Origin: Escherichia coli
GTDB taxonomy: Bacteria > Pseudomonadota > Gammaproteobacteria > Enterobacterales > Enterobacteriaceae
Strand: one strand, 5' to 3'
Assembly: GCF_024700885.2 (NCBI RefSeq)
Contig: NZ_CP117016.1
DNA length: 64,000 nt
The notes beneath the pieces were generated by a model. The model saw only the letters and a program-made list of their open reading frames with translations. It did no database searches and was not told the DNA's origin. Made by a program: the position numbers and the translations under genes. Shown here piece after piece: positions 1 through 9,497 of this stretch; the first letter of the stretch is position 1; each line of letters begins with the position of its first letter.

Positions 1-223
1 CGCGAAATACCGGCGCGGAAATCATCGACTTACGCATAGGCGCAAAGTTAAATGGCACGAGGATAATGGCCAGAGGCACCAGTACCCACGCCGACCACAG
101 ACCAGCAACGCCGAGGGCGGCTGTCCAGGCGAGCAAAATCAGACTGCTGATAAATAAGCTCACGCGGTGATAGAACAACGCGCCGAGCAGGACAACCGTA
201 GCGAGAATACTCAAAATCATCAT
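1..223 (-). CDS. fadE: Acyl-CoA dehydrogenase FadE, N-terminal part only (gene continues beyond window start)
   Basis: Reverse-strand ATG at 221-223, then MMILSILATVVLLGALFYHRVSLF..., the hydrophobic FadE N-terminus; synteny divergent from gmhA. Confidence 0.85.
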   Translation of the reverse strand, partial: MMILSILATVVLLGALFYHRVSLFISSLILLAWTAALGVAGLWSAWVLVPLAIILVPFNFAPMRKSMISAPVFR

Positions 224-462
224 AACGAAAAGCCCCTTACTTGTAGGAGGTCTGACCACTTGTGATGATATGGTTGTAGTGGATGTAAAAACATTTAGCA
301 ATGTGTTTACAATATAATTACAACAAAGCTCACATTGTTGCTGTTTTTATCCGCACTTCAGGTCAAAAAGTCCTGGTCATAGCACCTGCCCGTACTTCTC
401 GCTTTTGGCGGTATCCGGTACACTGCATTTTGTCTATTACATTTATGCTGAAGGATATCCTC

Positions 463-1041
463 ATGTACCAGGATCTTATTCGTAACGAACTGAACGAAGC
501 GGCGGAAACGCTGGCTAACTTTTTAAAAGATGACGCCAATATTCACGCCATTCAGCGCGCGGCGGTCCTGTTAGCAGACAGCTTTAAAGCCGGTGGCAAA
601 GTGCTTTCCTGCGGCAACGGCGGCTCCCATTGCGACGCTATGCACTTTGCCGAAGAGTTGACCGGTCGCTACCGTGAAAACCGTCCGGGCTACCCGGCGA
701 TTGCCATTTCTGACGTTAGTCATATTTCCTGCGTCGGTAACGATTTTGGTTTCAATGATATTTTCTCCCGTTACGTTGAAGCGGTAGGTCGCGAAGGCGA
801 TGTACTGCTGGGGATCTCCACCTCCGGTAACTCTGCAAACGTGATCAAAGCGATCGCGGCGGCGCGTGAGAAGGGGATGAAAGTGATCACCCTGACCGGT
901 AAAGACGGCGGTAAAATGGCTGGCACAGCGGATATCGAAATTCGTGTTCCGCACTTTGGTTATGCCGACCGCATTCAGGAGATCCACATTAAAGTGATCC
1001 ATATCCTGATCCAGTTAATTGAAAAAGAGATGGTTAAGTAA
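463..1041 (+). CDS. gmhA: Phosphoheptose (sedoheptulose-7-P) isomerase GmhA/LpcA
   Basis: ORF 301-1041; [17 protein letters not shown]... from internal ATG 463 gives the 192-aa GmhA; SIS-domain motifs [15 protein letters not shown] and STSGNS. Confidence 0.95.
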
Positions 1042-1048
1042 GGTCTTT

Positions 1049-1088
1049 TCTCCCTCTCCCTTTCAGGGAGAGGGCCGGGGTGAGGGTA
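1049..1088. repeat. Intergenic GC-rich hairpin repeat (tccctctccc/gggagaggg stem followed by GGGTGAGGG tail); doubles as gmhA terminator-like structure
   Basis: Inverted repeat 1051-1060/1066-1074; a second copy of the same element type at 10889-10928. Confidence 0.6.
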
Positions 1089-1162
1089 ACAGCCTGAACC
1101 TTTGTACTTTTTAATCAATCTTCGCCGGGGGCCATGTGCTCCCGCTGTTGTGGAGGTTACCC

Positions 1163-1930
1163 ATGTGCGAATTGCTCGGGATGAGCGCCAACGTCCCTAC
1201 CGATATCTGCTTTAGTTTCACCGGGCTTGTACAGCGTGGTGGTGGAACCGGGCCACATAAAGATGGCTGGGGCATCACCTTTTACGAAGGTAAAGGCTGT
1301 CGCACATTTAAAGATCCACAACCCAGCTTTAATTCCCCCATCGCCAAACTTGTCCAGGACTACCCGATAAAATCCTGTTCGGTGGTGGCTCATATTCGCC
1401 AGGCGAATCGGGGCGAGGTGGCGCTGGAAAATACTCACCCGTTTACCCGCGAGTTATGGGGGCGTAACTGGACTTATGCCCATAATGGGCAACTGACGGG
1501 CTATAAATCACTGGAAACCGGCAACTTCCGCCCGGTCGGTGAAACCGACAGCGAAAAAGCCTTCTGCTGGCTCCTGCATAAATTAACGCAGCGTTACCCG
1601 CGCACACCGGGCAACATGGCGGCAGTGTTTAAATATATCGCCTCACTGGCGGATGAACTGCGGCAGAAGGGCGTTTTCAACATGCTGCTTTCTGACGGGC
1701 GCTATGTAATGGCGTATTGCTCGACTAATTTACACTGGATCACCCGCCGCGCGCCGTTTGGCGTGGCAACGTTGCTGGATCAGGATGTGGAAATCGACTT
1801 CAGCTCGCAGACCACACCGAATGATGTGGTCACGGTGATTGCGACACAGCCGCTGACGGGCAATGAAACCTGGCAAAAGATTATGCCAGGCGAATGGCGC
1901 TTATTTTGCCTCGGGGAGCGTGTAGTTTGA
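1163..1930 (+). CDS. yafJ: Class II glutamine amidotransferase YafJ
   Basis: ORF 1136-1930; [19 protein letters not shown] from ATG 1163 (N-terminal Cys nucleophile after Met). Confidence 0.92.
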   Translation: MCELLGMSANVPTDICFSFTGLVQRGGGTGPHKDGWGITFYEGKGCRTFKDPQPSFNSPIAKLVQDYPIKSCSVVAHIRQANRGEVALENTHPFTRELWGRNWTYAHNGQLTGYKSLETGNFRPVGETDSEKAFCWLLHKLTQRYPRTPGNMAAVFKYIASLADELRQKGVFNMLLSDGRYVMAYCSTNLHWITRRAPFGVATLLDQDVEIDFSSQTTPNDVVTVIATQPLTGNETWQKIMPGEWRLFCLGERVV

Positions 1931-2641
1931 TGCCAGCTGTGGCTGCACAACTTCGTGGCTTAACGGCTTGCTGACCACGTAACGACCATTGACCACAGAA
2001 ACGGTCGGTGGCTTACGGGTTTGCTCAAAGTAGTCGTAACCCGGCTTCAGCTGCTCCCAGAAGTCCTTAAAGTTGGAATATTTATGGCGCTTCATATTGG
2101 CGTCGGTCATGCGGAACGGGTAAATACTCACTTGCACGCTCGGCTGACCAAAAACCAGCGCACCAGTAACGAACTGGAAGATCTCATCAATACCCTGATT
2201 GGTCATCGCGTAGCAGCCGATGGAAACACAATCGCCGTGGATCATCAGATATTTCCCTTCATAACCATGCGCACGGTCATAGGCATTGGGGAATCCAATA
2301 TTAATCGCCTTGTAGTAACGGCTGTCTGGTTTTAACTGATTACGCTGGACGCTATAAAACCCTTCCGGGCTTTTGAAATCGCCCTGACGCTGTTTTGGCC
2401 CCAAGCCGCCGGAATATTTACAGATTTTATAGCTGTCGAGCAGTTGATATTGCTCGCCCATTTTGACGTAGAGATCGAGCGTACGTTCTTCCTTGAAGAT
2501 CTGGATGTAGACAGGGGATCCCATCAACTGCTGCTTATACTCTTTGCTCACTGGCGTGGTCGAGCTACTGCTGCCCAGCAAACCGGCAAACGAAACGCAC
2601 GGGATCAACAACATCGCAAGAATTAATGCGATTTTACGCAT
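1901..2641 (-). CDS. yafK: L,D-transpeptidase-fold periplasmic protein YafK (LdtF/DpaA)
   Basis: 246-aa ORF with signal peptide [19 protein letters not shown] and YkuD-type [12 protein letters not shown] motif; 3' end overlaps yafJ convergently by 30 bp. Confidence 0.93.
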   Translation of the reverse strand: MRKIALILAMLLIPCVSFAGLLGSSSSTTPVSKEYKQQLMGSPVYIQIFKEERTLDLYVKMGEQYQLLDSYKICKYSGGLGPKQRQGDFKSPEGFYSVQRNQLKPDSRYYKAINIGFPNAYDRAHGYEGKYLMIHGDCVSIGCYAMTNQGIDEIFQFVTGALVFGQPSVQVSIYPFRMTDANMKRHKYSNFKDFWEQLKPGYDYFEQTRKPPTVSVVNGRYVVSKPLSHEVVQPQLASNYTLPEAK

Positions 2642-2932
2642 ACTGCTTATTCCTTGATAAAACGGTTACACACGCCAGGACGGCAAAATAGATCCCAAAT
2701 CGGAATAGTCTGGATTTGGAAGGCTCACATTATCACCAAAAGAGTTTTACGCAAGCCTGTCGGCGCAGGGTTTACAAATTTAGCACAGGGGCAGTTTTCA
2801 ATAGTCCGAAAAGCGCATGTATCATTTATTTCCTAAGATTATGAAACCTCAATAGTAATATGCAAATAAGCAATTAATAATCCCGTTTACTCCTCCGGTC
2901 TTTTAAAATTCTCACCTTCATTCAGCCGGTTT

Positions 2933-3691
2933 ATGTCCTTCATGTCTTCGTTCTTGCTCGGCAGATTTCTGCATCCAGGCGTGTTTTCGTTATGCGTTTT
3001 GCTCCCTTTACTCGCCAGCGCCACCACATCACATATCTCATTCAGCTACGCCGCCCGCCAGCGGATGCAAAACCGTGCGCGTTTATTAAAACAGTACCAA
3101 ACCCATCTGAAAAAACAGGCCAGCTATATTGTGGAAGGCAATGCCGAAAGCAGAAAGGCGCTGCGCCAGCACAACCGCGAACAGATAAAACAGCATCCAG
3201 AATGGTTTCCTGCGCCGCTCAAGGCAAGTGACAGACGCTGGCAGGCGCTGGCGGAGAACAACCATTTCTTAAGCAGCGACCATCTACACAACATCACCGA
3301 AGTGGCGATTCACCGCCTGGAGCAGCAGCTTGGCAAGCCTTACGTCTGGGGCGGCACGCGGCCCGATCAAGGCTTCGACTGTAGCGGGTTGGTTTTTTAT
3401 GCCTACAACAAGATCCTCGAGGCGAAGCTCCCGCGCACGGCCAATGAGATGTATCACTACCATCGGGCAACGATTGTGGCGAACAACGACCTGCGCCGGG
3501 GAGATTTGCTGTTTTTCCATATTCACAGCCGTGAAATTGCCGACCATATGGGCGTGTATCTGGGAGACGGTCAGTTTATCGAGTCGCCGCGCACGGGGGA
3601 AACCATTCGGGTAAGTCGGTTAGCTGAACCTTTCTGGCAGGATCATTTTTTAGGCGCGCGGCGGATTTTGACGGAGGAGACGATTTTGTAA
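2933..3691 (+). CDS. yafL: NlpC/P60-family peptidoglycan hydrolase lipoprotein YafL
   Basis: 252-aa ORF; NlpC/P60 core GKPYVWGGTRPDQGFDCSGLVFYAY ... DHMGVYLGDGQFIESP; start codon choice among first Mets uncertain. Confidence 0.9.
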   Translation: MSFMSSFLLGRFLHPGVFSLCVLLPLLASATTSHISFSYAARQRMQNRARLLKQYQTHLKKQASYIVEGNAESRKALRQHNREQIKQHPEWFPAPLKASDRRWQALAENNHFLSSDHLHNITEVAIHRLEQQLGKPYVWGGTRPDQGFDCSGLVFYAYNKILEAKLPRTANEMYHYHRATIVANNDLRRGDLLFFHIHSREIADHMGVYLGDGQFIESPRTGETIRVSRLAEPFWQDHFLGARRILTEETIL

Positions 3692-3718
3692 ATGGGTAAT
3701 ATTGACGAACTGGCAAAA

Positions 3719-3744
3719 GGTCGGATGCCACGCGGCATCCGACC
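3719..3744. terminator. Bidirectional REP-like hairpin between convergent yafL and hicB-like gene
   Basis: ggtcggatgcc (3719-3729) / ggcatccgacc (3734-3744), 11-bp perfect stem, 4-nt loop. Confidence 0.6.
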
Positions 3745-3747
3745 TGT

Positions 3748-4104
3748 TTACATCTGGGCTGAAAACTCACGTTCTAAGACATCAACAATGAGCTGGTTTT
3801 TTGAAATGGAATGTTGTCTGGCGACGATGGTCAGCCGCGAATCAATGTGATGAGGAACACGAAGCGTCAGGCGTTTTTGCTCTTCTTCTTCACGAAAAGG
3901 GGCAATACCGTCCTCTTCACAATCCGCCATCCACTCATCCAGCGCGCTTTCGCCTTCACGATATAATGCCTCAATACTTGTGGCTACAAAGTCACAATAA
4001 CCGTTTACATTGAGGAACTTGCCGCGAAATGCGTTGATATCGGCTTCAAATGTCACTGCGGCTGGTTGACCTTTAATTGTGATAATGTTCGATGCTTTAT
4101 TCAT
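3748..4104 (-). CDS. HicB-family antitoxin with C-terminal ribbon-helix-helix
   Basis: 118 aa; N-terminal HicB-like fold pattern (..FRGKFLNVNGYCDFVATSIEALYREGESALDEWMADCEEDG) and C-terminal RHH-like TLRVPHHIDSRLTIVARQHSISKNQLIVDVLEREF; overlaps upstream toxin gene by 8 nt. Confidence 0.7.
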   Translation of the reverse strand: MNKASNIITIKGQPAAVTFEADINAFRGKFLNVNGYCDFVATSIEALYREGESALDEWMADCEEDGIAPFREEEEQKRLTLRVPHHIDSRLTIVARQHSISKNQLIVDVLEREFSAQM

Positions 4105-4396
4105 AATCTACCCCTACACAGTTAACAAACCACTCCTTAAGACCTGCTACTGCGCCTTTATCCATCACATTCTTTGGATGTGGCTCATGTGTGCTGAATT
4201 TGGTCGTTCCAATCTGAAATTTTCGTCTGGAGCCGTTGTTATTTTTTATTGTTCCACCCACAGCTTTAATGAGTGCAACAACATCATCCCATTTAATTCC
4301 AGATTTTGGCGGCTCCGTCATTACATCGTCGAATGTTTTTCTATGACGAGAGCCTAGCGCGCTGACCTTAATCATACTATCAATCCATGACGTCAT
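4097..4396 (-). CDS. HicA-family mRNA-interferase toxin (long form)
   Basis: 99 aa (or 92 aa from M8 at 4375); pattern IKWDDVVALIKAVGG...NGSRRKF....FSTHEPHPKNVMDKGAVAGLKEWF matches the HicA layout (W-D..L....G / GS+ / H.PHP / kgav..v+.fl). Confidence 0.65.
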   Translation of the reverse strand: MTSWIDSMIKVSALGSRHRKTFDDVMTEPPKSGIKWDDVVALIKAVGGTIKNNNGSRRKFQIGTTKFSTHEPHPKNVMDKGAVAGLKEWFVNCVGVDYE

Positions 4397-4479
4397 TGTA
4401 TGGTGTCATCGTAGTCTCTTTGCAGTGTGACGTCAATTAATGGTGTCAGGTGCTGCAAAGCATGGAAAAGATTCCTCAA

Positions 4480-6573
4480 TCAACTCAACGCCCCCATAAT
4501 CTTCAACTCCAGCTCATCCGGCACTTCGTTATACGACAGCACATGCAGCCCCGGCGCAAACAATCTCGCATAGCGCGCCAGCAAAGGACGCAACTGCGGC
4601 GGCACCAGCAGCACCGGGTCTTTCCCCGCCGCTTTCATCTGCTCCTTCACCTGCGGCATCGTGATCTGAAACTGGTTGAGCATATTCGGGTCAACCGGTA
4701 CGCTGTCGAGCATCACTTTCCCGCCCTGTTGCGCCTGATTCACCACGTTGGTCAGCAGATTTTCCAGCTCATTATTCAGCGTATACACCGTCAGCTCCTG
4801 CTTGCGAACGAGCGGATGGGTAATGCTGCGCCGTAGCGCCAGGCGCACATCAGCTGCCAGCAGAATATGATCTTTGGTCACTGTGCTACTGGCGACCAGC
4901 ACGGTGGCGATGGTGACGATATCGCGCAGGGAAACGCCTTCAGTCAGTAGCGCCCGGTACACTTTCAGCAACTGGCTGTAATTGAGCGCCGCGCTCAAAT
5001 CTTCCGCCAGTCGCGGTGCCATCGACGACAAACGGTTATGCAGCTGAGTAATATCGTCATAGTTAAACAAATCAGGAATATAGCTGCGGACAATCTTGTT
5101 CACATGGGTGGCAATCACGCTGGCGCTGTCGATCACCTGATACCCCATATTCAGCGCCTTCGCTTTCTGCGCAGGCTGAATCCAGGTGACCGGCATCCCG
5201 TACGCCGGGTCGTTCCCCAATACGCCGTCTATCTCGCCGTAGGTTTCGCTGGAGGGCAGGGCCATCAGTTTATCCGCCGGAATATCCGCTTCATCAGCCT
5301 TAATGCCGTTGATGAAAATGGCGTACTGGCTGGGCTTGAGGCGGAAATTTTCCCGAATGCGGATCTCCGGCAGCAGCACGCCGTTGCCGTCGGAAATCAC
5401 CTGCCGCACGCCGCGAATCCGCTGGGTGAGCGGGTTACCTTGGGCTTTATCGACCAGCGCCACCAGCTTGTAGCCGAGGCTTAAGCTGATGGGCTCGATC
5501 AGCGGAATGGTTTCCCAACTGACCTGTTGCTCGCTGGTTTCAGTGATAGTGCGGGTCAGCGTTTCGAGACTTTTCTCTTCTGCCTCCGCCGCCTGCGGGC
5601 GTTTGCTCATCCGCCAGCCGGTAAAGCCAAGCAGGGCGCTGAACAGCAAAAACGGCAGATGCGGCATTCCCGGCACCACCGCCAGTACGAACATGATCCC
5701 GGTGGCGGTGTAGAGCACCGACGGGCTTGCCAGCAGCTGGTGGCGCACGTCATGGGCGATATCGCCGTTGTCGCTGACGCGGGTGACGATAATCGCCGCC
5801 GCGGTGGAAAGCAGCAGGGAAGGGATCTGCGCCACCAGGCCGTCGCCGATGGTCATCAGCACATATTGCTGGAAGGCGGCGTCGGCGCTCAGGTTGTATT
5901 TGAAGATCCCGATACAGACGCCGCCGATCAGGTTGATCGCCAGAATCATCATCCCGGCTATGGCATCCCCACGCACAAACTTCGATGCCCCGTCCATCGC
6001 GCCGTAGAAATCGGCCTCGCTGGCAACATCTTTACGCCGTGTTTGCGCCTGCGCCTGGTTGATCAACCCGGCGTTAAGATCGGCGTCAATCGCCATCTGT
6101 TTGCCGGGCATCGCGTCCAGGGTAAAGCGGGCGGAAACCTCGGAAATACGCTCGGCCCCTTTGGTGACGACGATAAAGTTGATGATCATCAGGATGATAA
6201 ACACCACGAAACCGACGACAAAGTTGCCGCCAATCACCACCTGACCAAATGACTCAATCACCTTACCTGCTGCGCCCGCGCCGAGATGCCCGTGCAGTAG
6301 CACCACGCGCGTAGAAGCAACGTTCAGCGTCAGGCGCATTAAGGTGGTGATCAGCAAAATGGTCGGGAACAGGCTGAATTCCAGCGGCCTTTTCGCCGAC
6401 ACCGCCACCAGCAGCACCATCACCGCCAGCACAATGTTGAAGGTGAACAGAATATCCAGCAGCGCAGGCGGCAGCGGCAAAATAACCATCGCCAGAATAC
6501 ACAGGATCACCAGCGGCACGCCGGGATTACCGCCGCGCAGTAGCGCGAGGAACGATTTAGTTGTTTTCGCCAT
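4480..6573 (-). CDS. lfhA: Flag-2 lateral flagellar export gate protein LfhA (FlhA homologue), full length
   Basis: 697 aa; FlhA/T3SS export-gate N-terminal TM domain and cytoplasmic domain; position next to lfhB. Confidence 0.9.
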   Translation of the reverse strand: MAKTTKSFLALLRGGNPGVPLVILCILAMVILPLPPALLDILFTFNIVLAVMVLLVAVSAKRPLEFSLFPTILLITTLMRLTLNVASTRVVLLHGHLGAGAAGKVIESFGQVVIGGNFVVGFVVFIILMIINFIVVTKGAERISEVSARFTLDAMPGKQMAIDADLNAGLINQAQAQTRRKDVASEADFYGAMDGASKFVRGDAIAGMMILAINLIGGVCIGIFKYNLSADAAFQQYVLMTIGDGLVAQIPSLLLSTAAAIIVTRVSDNGDIAHDVRHQLLASPSVLYTATGIMFVLAVVPGMPHLPFLLFSALLGFTGWRMSKRPQAAEAEEKSLETLTRTITETSEQQVSWETIPLIEPISLSLGYKLVALVDKAQGNPLTQRIRGVRQVISDGNGVLLPEIRIRENFRLKPSQYAIFINGIKADEADIPADKLMALPSSETYGEIDGVLGNDPAYGMPVTWIQPAQKAKALNMGYQVIDSASVIATHVNKIVRSYIPDLFNYDDITQLHNRLSSMAPRLAEDLSAALNYSQLLKVYRALLTEGVSLRDIVTIATVLVASSTVTKDHILLAADVRLALRRSITHPLVRKQELTVYTLNNELENLLTNVVNQAQQGGKVMLDSVPVDPNMLNQFQITMPQVKEQMKAAGKDPVLLVPPQLRPLLARYARLFAPGLHVLSYNEVPDELELKIMGALS

Positions 6574-7696
6574 CCAGTTTAAGCACCTCTTTGGGAATGG
6601 AAATATGTCTGTTCAGGGCCGGGCGCGGCTGTGCGCCGTCGCGCCAGTGTTTCATTTGCAGGACGTAGGTCAGAACGTGGGCGATGGCCCGGTAAAGCTG
6701 AAACGGAATTTGCTGGTTCACCTGGGTGGTGTAGTAAACCGAGCGCGCCAGCCGCGGGAACTCGACCACTTCCACCTGATTCTCAGCAGCGACCTGACGA
6801 ATATAGAGGGCGATTTCATCGGTGCCTTTCGCCACCACAAACGGCGCGGCGGCGCGCGACTGGTCGTACTGCAACGCTACGGCGTAGTGGGTCGGGTTGG
6901 TGATCACCACGTTGGCTTTTGGCACCACTTTGCGGATTTGCCCCATCGCCAGCTGCCGTTGCAGCCGCCGCACGCGTGCCTTCACTTCCGGCTTGCCTTC
7001 CTGATTTTTGTACTCTTCTTTCAGCTCCTGCTTGGTCATCTTCAGTCCTTTGGTGAACAGGGCTTTCGCCAGCGGCACGTCGATTAACGCAAAGAAGATA
7101 AACAGGATGACAAAGTTGCGCATCACGCTGGCGTAGAGCGATAAACCGTCATTCATCGCCAGTTTGAACGGTAGTGCCTGCAGGCCGAGAAAGGCGGCAA
7201 AGTTATTGCGCAGGCTTACCCACAGCATCACCAGCACCACCACCGACTTCACCGTCATCTTTCCCGTTTCCGCCAGATGTTCGCTGGAAAACAGTCGCCC
7301 AATGCCTTTTAACGGGCTGATTTTGCTGAAATCCGGGAGGATTTTTTTCGGCAGAAACAGCCAGCCGCCGGGCACCAGCGAAGAGAGCAGCGCGGCGGCG
7401 GGCATCGGTAGCAAGGTAAGAATAAACTTGCCGAGAATTAACAGGTGATGGCGCAGAAACTGGCCGAGCACCTGCGGGTTATTAATCTCCTGCGCATACT
7501 GATGCACGCTGATAAAACTCTCGCGTACAAAATCGGCGTACCACGGAAAACTGCTGGAGATCACCACAAACGCCGCAAACAGGCTCGCCGCTAGCCCCAT
7601 ATCCTTCGAGCGCGGCAGTTGCCCCTCTTCACGCGCTTTACGCAGCTTTTGCGCCGAGGGTTTCTCTGTTTTTTCTTCGCTGCTGCTATCCGCCAT
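6557..7696 (-). CDS. lfhB: Flag-2 export switch protein LfhB (FlhB homologue)
   Basis: 379 aa; FlhB hallmarks EKTEKPSAQKLRKAREEGQ N-terminus and autocleavage motif NPTHYAVAL. Confidence 0.9.
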   Translation of the reverse strand: MADSSSEEKTEKPSAQKLRKAREEGQLPRSKDMGLAASLFAAFVVISSSFPWYADFVRESFISVHQYAQEINNPQVLGQFLRHHLLILGKFILTLLPMPAAALLSSLVPGGWLFLPKKILPDFSKISPLKGIGRLFSSEHLAETGKMTVKSVVVLVMLWVSLRNNFAAFLGLQALPFKLAMNDGLSLYASVMRNFVILFIFFALIDVPLAKALFTKGLKMTKQELKEEYKNQEGKPEVKARVRRLQRQLAMGQIRKVVPKANVVITNPTHYAVALQYDQSRAAAPFVVAKGTDEIALYIRQVAAENQVEVVEFPRLARSVYYTTQVNQQIPFQLYRAIAHVLTYVLQMKHWRDGAQPRPALNRHISIPKEVLKLDGENN

Positions 7697-8468
7697 AGTG
7701 ACCTTTCAGCGCGTCGAGTTGCTGCAACACAAAATTCGCCAGATGCAGATAGTGATCCGGCAGGTTGTAGAGCAGGGTGGCGAAGCAGACCAGCCCCGCC
7801 AGCATGTTGATGGGAAAGCCGAGCGAAAAGAGGTTCAGCGGCGGCGCGATGCGGTTGAGCAGGCCAAAGCAGCCCTGCACAATCAGCATGATAAAGGTGG
7901 TCGGCAGCGCCAGCAGCGATGCGGACGCCAGCACCCAGCTAAAGGCCAGTGCGATGGTGCGCAGGGGTTGCGGATGCAGCGCGTTGCCAATCGGCCAGTA
8001 GGTGAAGCCCTTATACAAAACACTCACCAGCAACAGATGCCCGTCCATGGCAAAAAACAGCAGGATTGCGTAGACGTTGATTAACTCCGCCAGCACGGTG
8101 GTCGATGCGCCGCTGCTCGGGTCGTTCATCACCGCCATGCTCATCCCCATATTGAACGAGAGAATTTGCCCGGCCAGTTGCAGCGCCAGAAACAGAAACT
8201 GAAACATCAGCCCGAACAACATGCCCCATAATATTTGCTCCACCGTCAGGATCAGGCTGTTGAGCGATAGCAGGTCGTGGGGAATGGGATGGGGGATCAA
8301 CGGCGTGATGATGATTGCCAGCGCCAGCGACAAAATGATCCGCACACGCACGGTCAGGGCGCTGTTATCCAGCACCGGCACATAGCGCAGAAACGCCATA
8401 ATGCGCACGAAGGGAAACCACAGCCCCATCGCCAGATCCATCAGTTGCGTAACGTCGCTTGTACGCAT
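7686..8468 (-). CDS. lfiR: Flag-2 export apparatus protein LfiR (FliR homologue)
   Basis: ORF 7686-8519; start set at M18 (ATG 8466-8468), immediately after the lfiQ stop; polytopic membrane protein. Confidence 0.85.
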   Translation of the reverse strand: MRTSDVTQLMDLAMGLWFPFVRIMAFLRYVPVLDNSALTVRVRIILSLALAIIITPLIPHPIPHDLLSLNSLILTVEQILWGMLFGLMFQFLFLALQLAGQILSFNMGMSMAVMNDPSSGASTTVLAELINVYAILLFFAMDGHLLLVSVLYKGFTYWPIGNALHPQPLRTIALAFSWVLASASLLALPTTFIMLIVQGCFGLLNRIAPPLNLFSLGFPINMLAGLVCFATLLYNLPDHYLHLANFVLQQLDALKGHYGG

Positions 8469-8469
8469 C

Positions 8470-8742
8470 TTAATGCACCAGCAACGCGGCCTGGGTAAAC
8501 AGATGAATACACAGATCATGCAACTGGATAATCATCCATTTGCCGCACACGCCCAGCACCACCAGCGTGACAATCAGCCTCGGCAAAAAACTCAGGGTCT
8601 GTTCGTTAATCTGCGTCACCGCCTGGAACACGCTCACCAGCAGGCCAACCAGCAGGCTCGGCACTACCAGCACGGAAACCAGCAAAATCACCACTTTTAT
8701 GCCGCTCGCGACAATGTCGGCGGCTACGTCTACGGTCAACAT
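8470..8742 (-). CDS. lfiQ: Flag-2 export apparatus protein LfiQ (FliQ homologue)
   Basis: 90 aa, 2-TM FliQ-like with QINEQTLSFLP motif. Confidence 0.88.
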   Translation of the reverse strand: MLTVDVAADIVASGIKVVILLVSVLVVPSLLVGLLVSVFQAVTQINEQTLSFLPRLIVTLVVLGVCGKWMIIQLHDLCIHLFTQAALLVH

Positions 8743-8744
8743 AA

Positions 8745-9497
8745 TCAGCCCAGCCCCAGCCCGCGAATGCTGGTGGTGAGCGTACCGATTGTCAGCGACC
8801 AGCCGTCGATCAGCACAAACAGCATCAGTTTAAAGGGCAGCGAAACAATCAGCGGCGACAGCATCATCATCCCCATCGCCATCAATACGCTGGCGACAAT
8901 CAGGTCGATAACCAGAAACGGGATGTAAATCATAAAGCCAATCTGGAAGGCGGTTTTCAGCTCGCTCAACACATAGGCAGGCACCACGATGGAGAGATCC
9001 TGATCGGCGGCATTGCCCTTCGCGCCGCCGATGGTCATGATTTGCGCCATCGCTTTTTTGTCGGTCTGCGCCAGCATAAAGCGTTTGAGCGGCGTCGCGG
9101 CGGTGCTTAATGCATCGGTCAGGGTAATCTGATCGTTTTCGAACGGCACTACCGCGTGGTCGTAAATATTGAGCCAGATAGGGCGCATCACCAGCATAGT
9201 GAGTGAGAGCGCAATACCAATCAAAATGCGGTTTGGCGGCGTTTGTTGCAGCCCCAGCGCCTGGCGCAGCAGCGACAGCACGATAATAAAGCGCGTAAAG
9301 CAGGTCATCATCAGCACCATCGTCGGCAGCAAACCGACGAGGGTCATCAGAATCAGTACCTGAATTTTGACGCTGTACTCCTGAGTGTTGCCGTGGGTGA
9401 CCACGTTAAGCAGCGCAATATCGCCACCCTGGGCTAACGCCAGCGGCGCAAGCGCCAGCAGCCCAAGGCCCAGCGTCAGTTGAGTGCGGCGTTTCAT
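8745..9497 (-). CDS. lfiP: Flag-2 export apparatus protein LfiP (FliP homologue)
   Basis: 250 aa; signal peptide plus FliP-type TM pattern (FTRFIIVLSLLRQALG, LSELKTAFQIGF). Confidence 0.9.
   Translation of the reverse strand: MKRRTQLTLGLGLLALAPLALAQGGDIALLNVVTHGNTQEYSVKIQVLILMTLVGLLPTMVLMMTCFTRFIIVLSLLRQALGLQQTPPNRILIGIALSLTMLVMRPIWLNIYDHAVVPFENDQITLTDALSTAATPLKRFMLAQTDKKAMAQIMTIGGAKGNAADQDLSIVVPAYVLSELKTAFQIGFMIYIPFLVIDLIVASVLMAMGMMMLSPLIVSLPFKLMLFVLIDGWSLTIGTLTTSIRGLGLG

Noticed and set aside
1901-1930. 30-bp convergent overlap of the yafJ and yafK 3' ends
   Set aside because: Both proteins are full length, and I believe the arrangement is conserved on the E. coli backbone, so it is not anomalous.
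5527-7087. Long plus-strand ORFs (241 aa at 5527-6252, 247 aa at 6344-7087) inside lfhA/lfhB
   Set aside because: They are antisense to well-supported FlhA/FlhB homologues. The Arg/His/Gly-rich translations are typical of antisense frames in GC-rich coding DNA.
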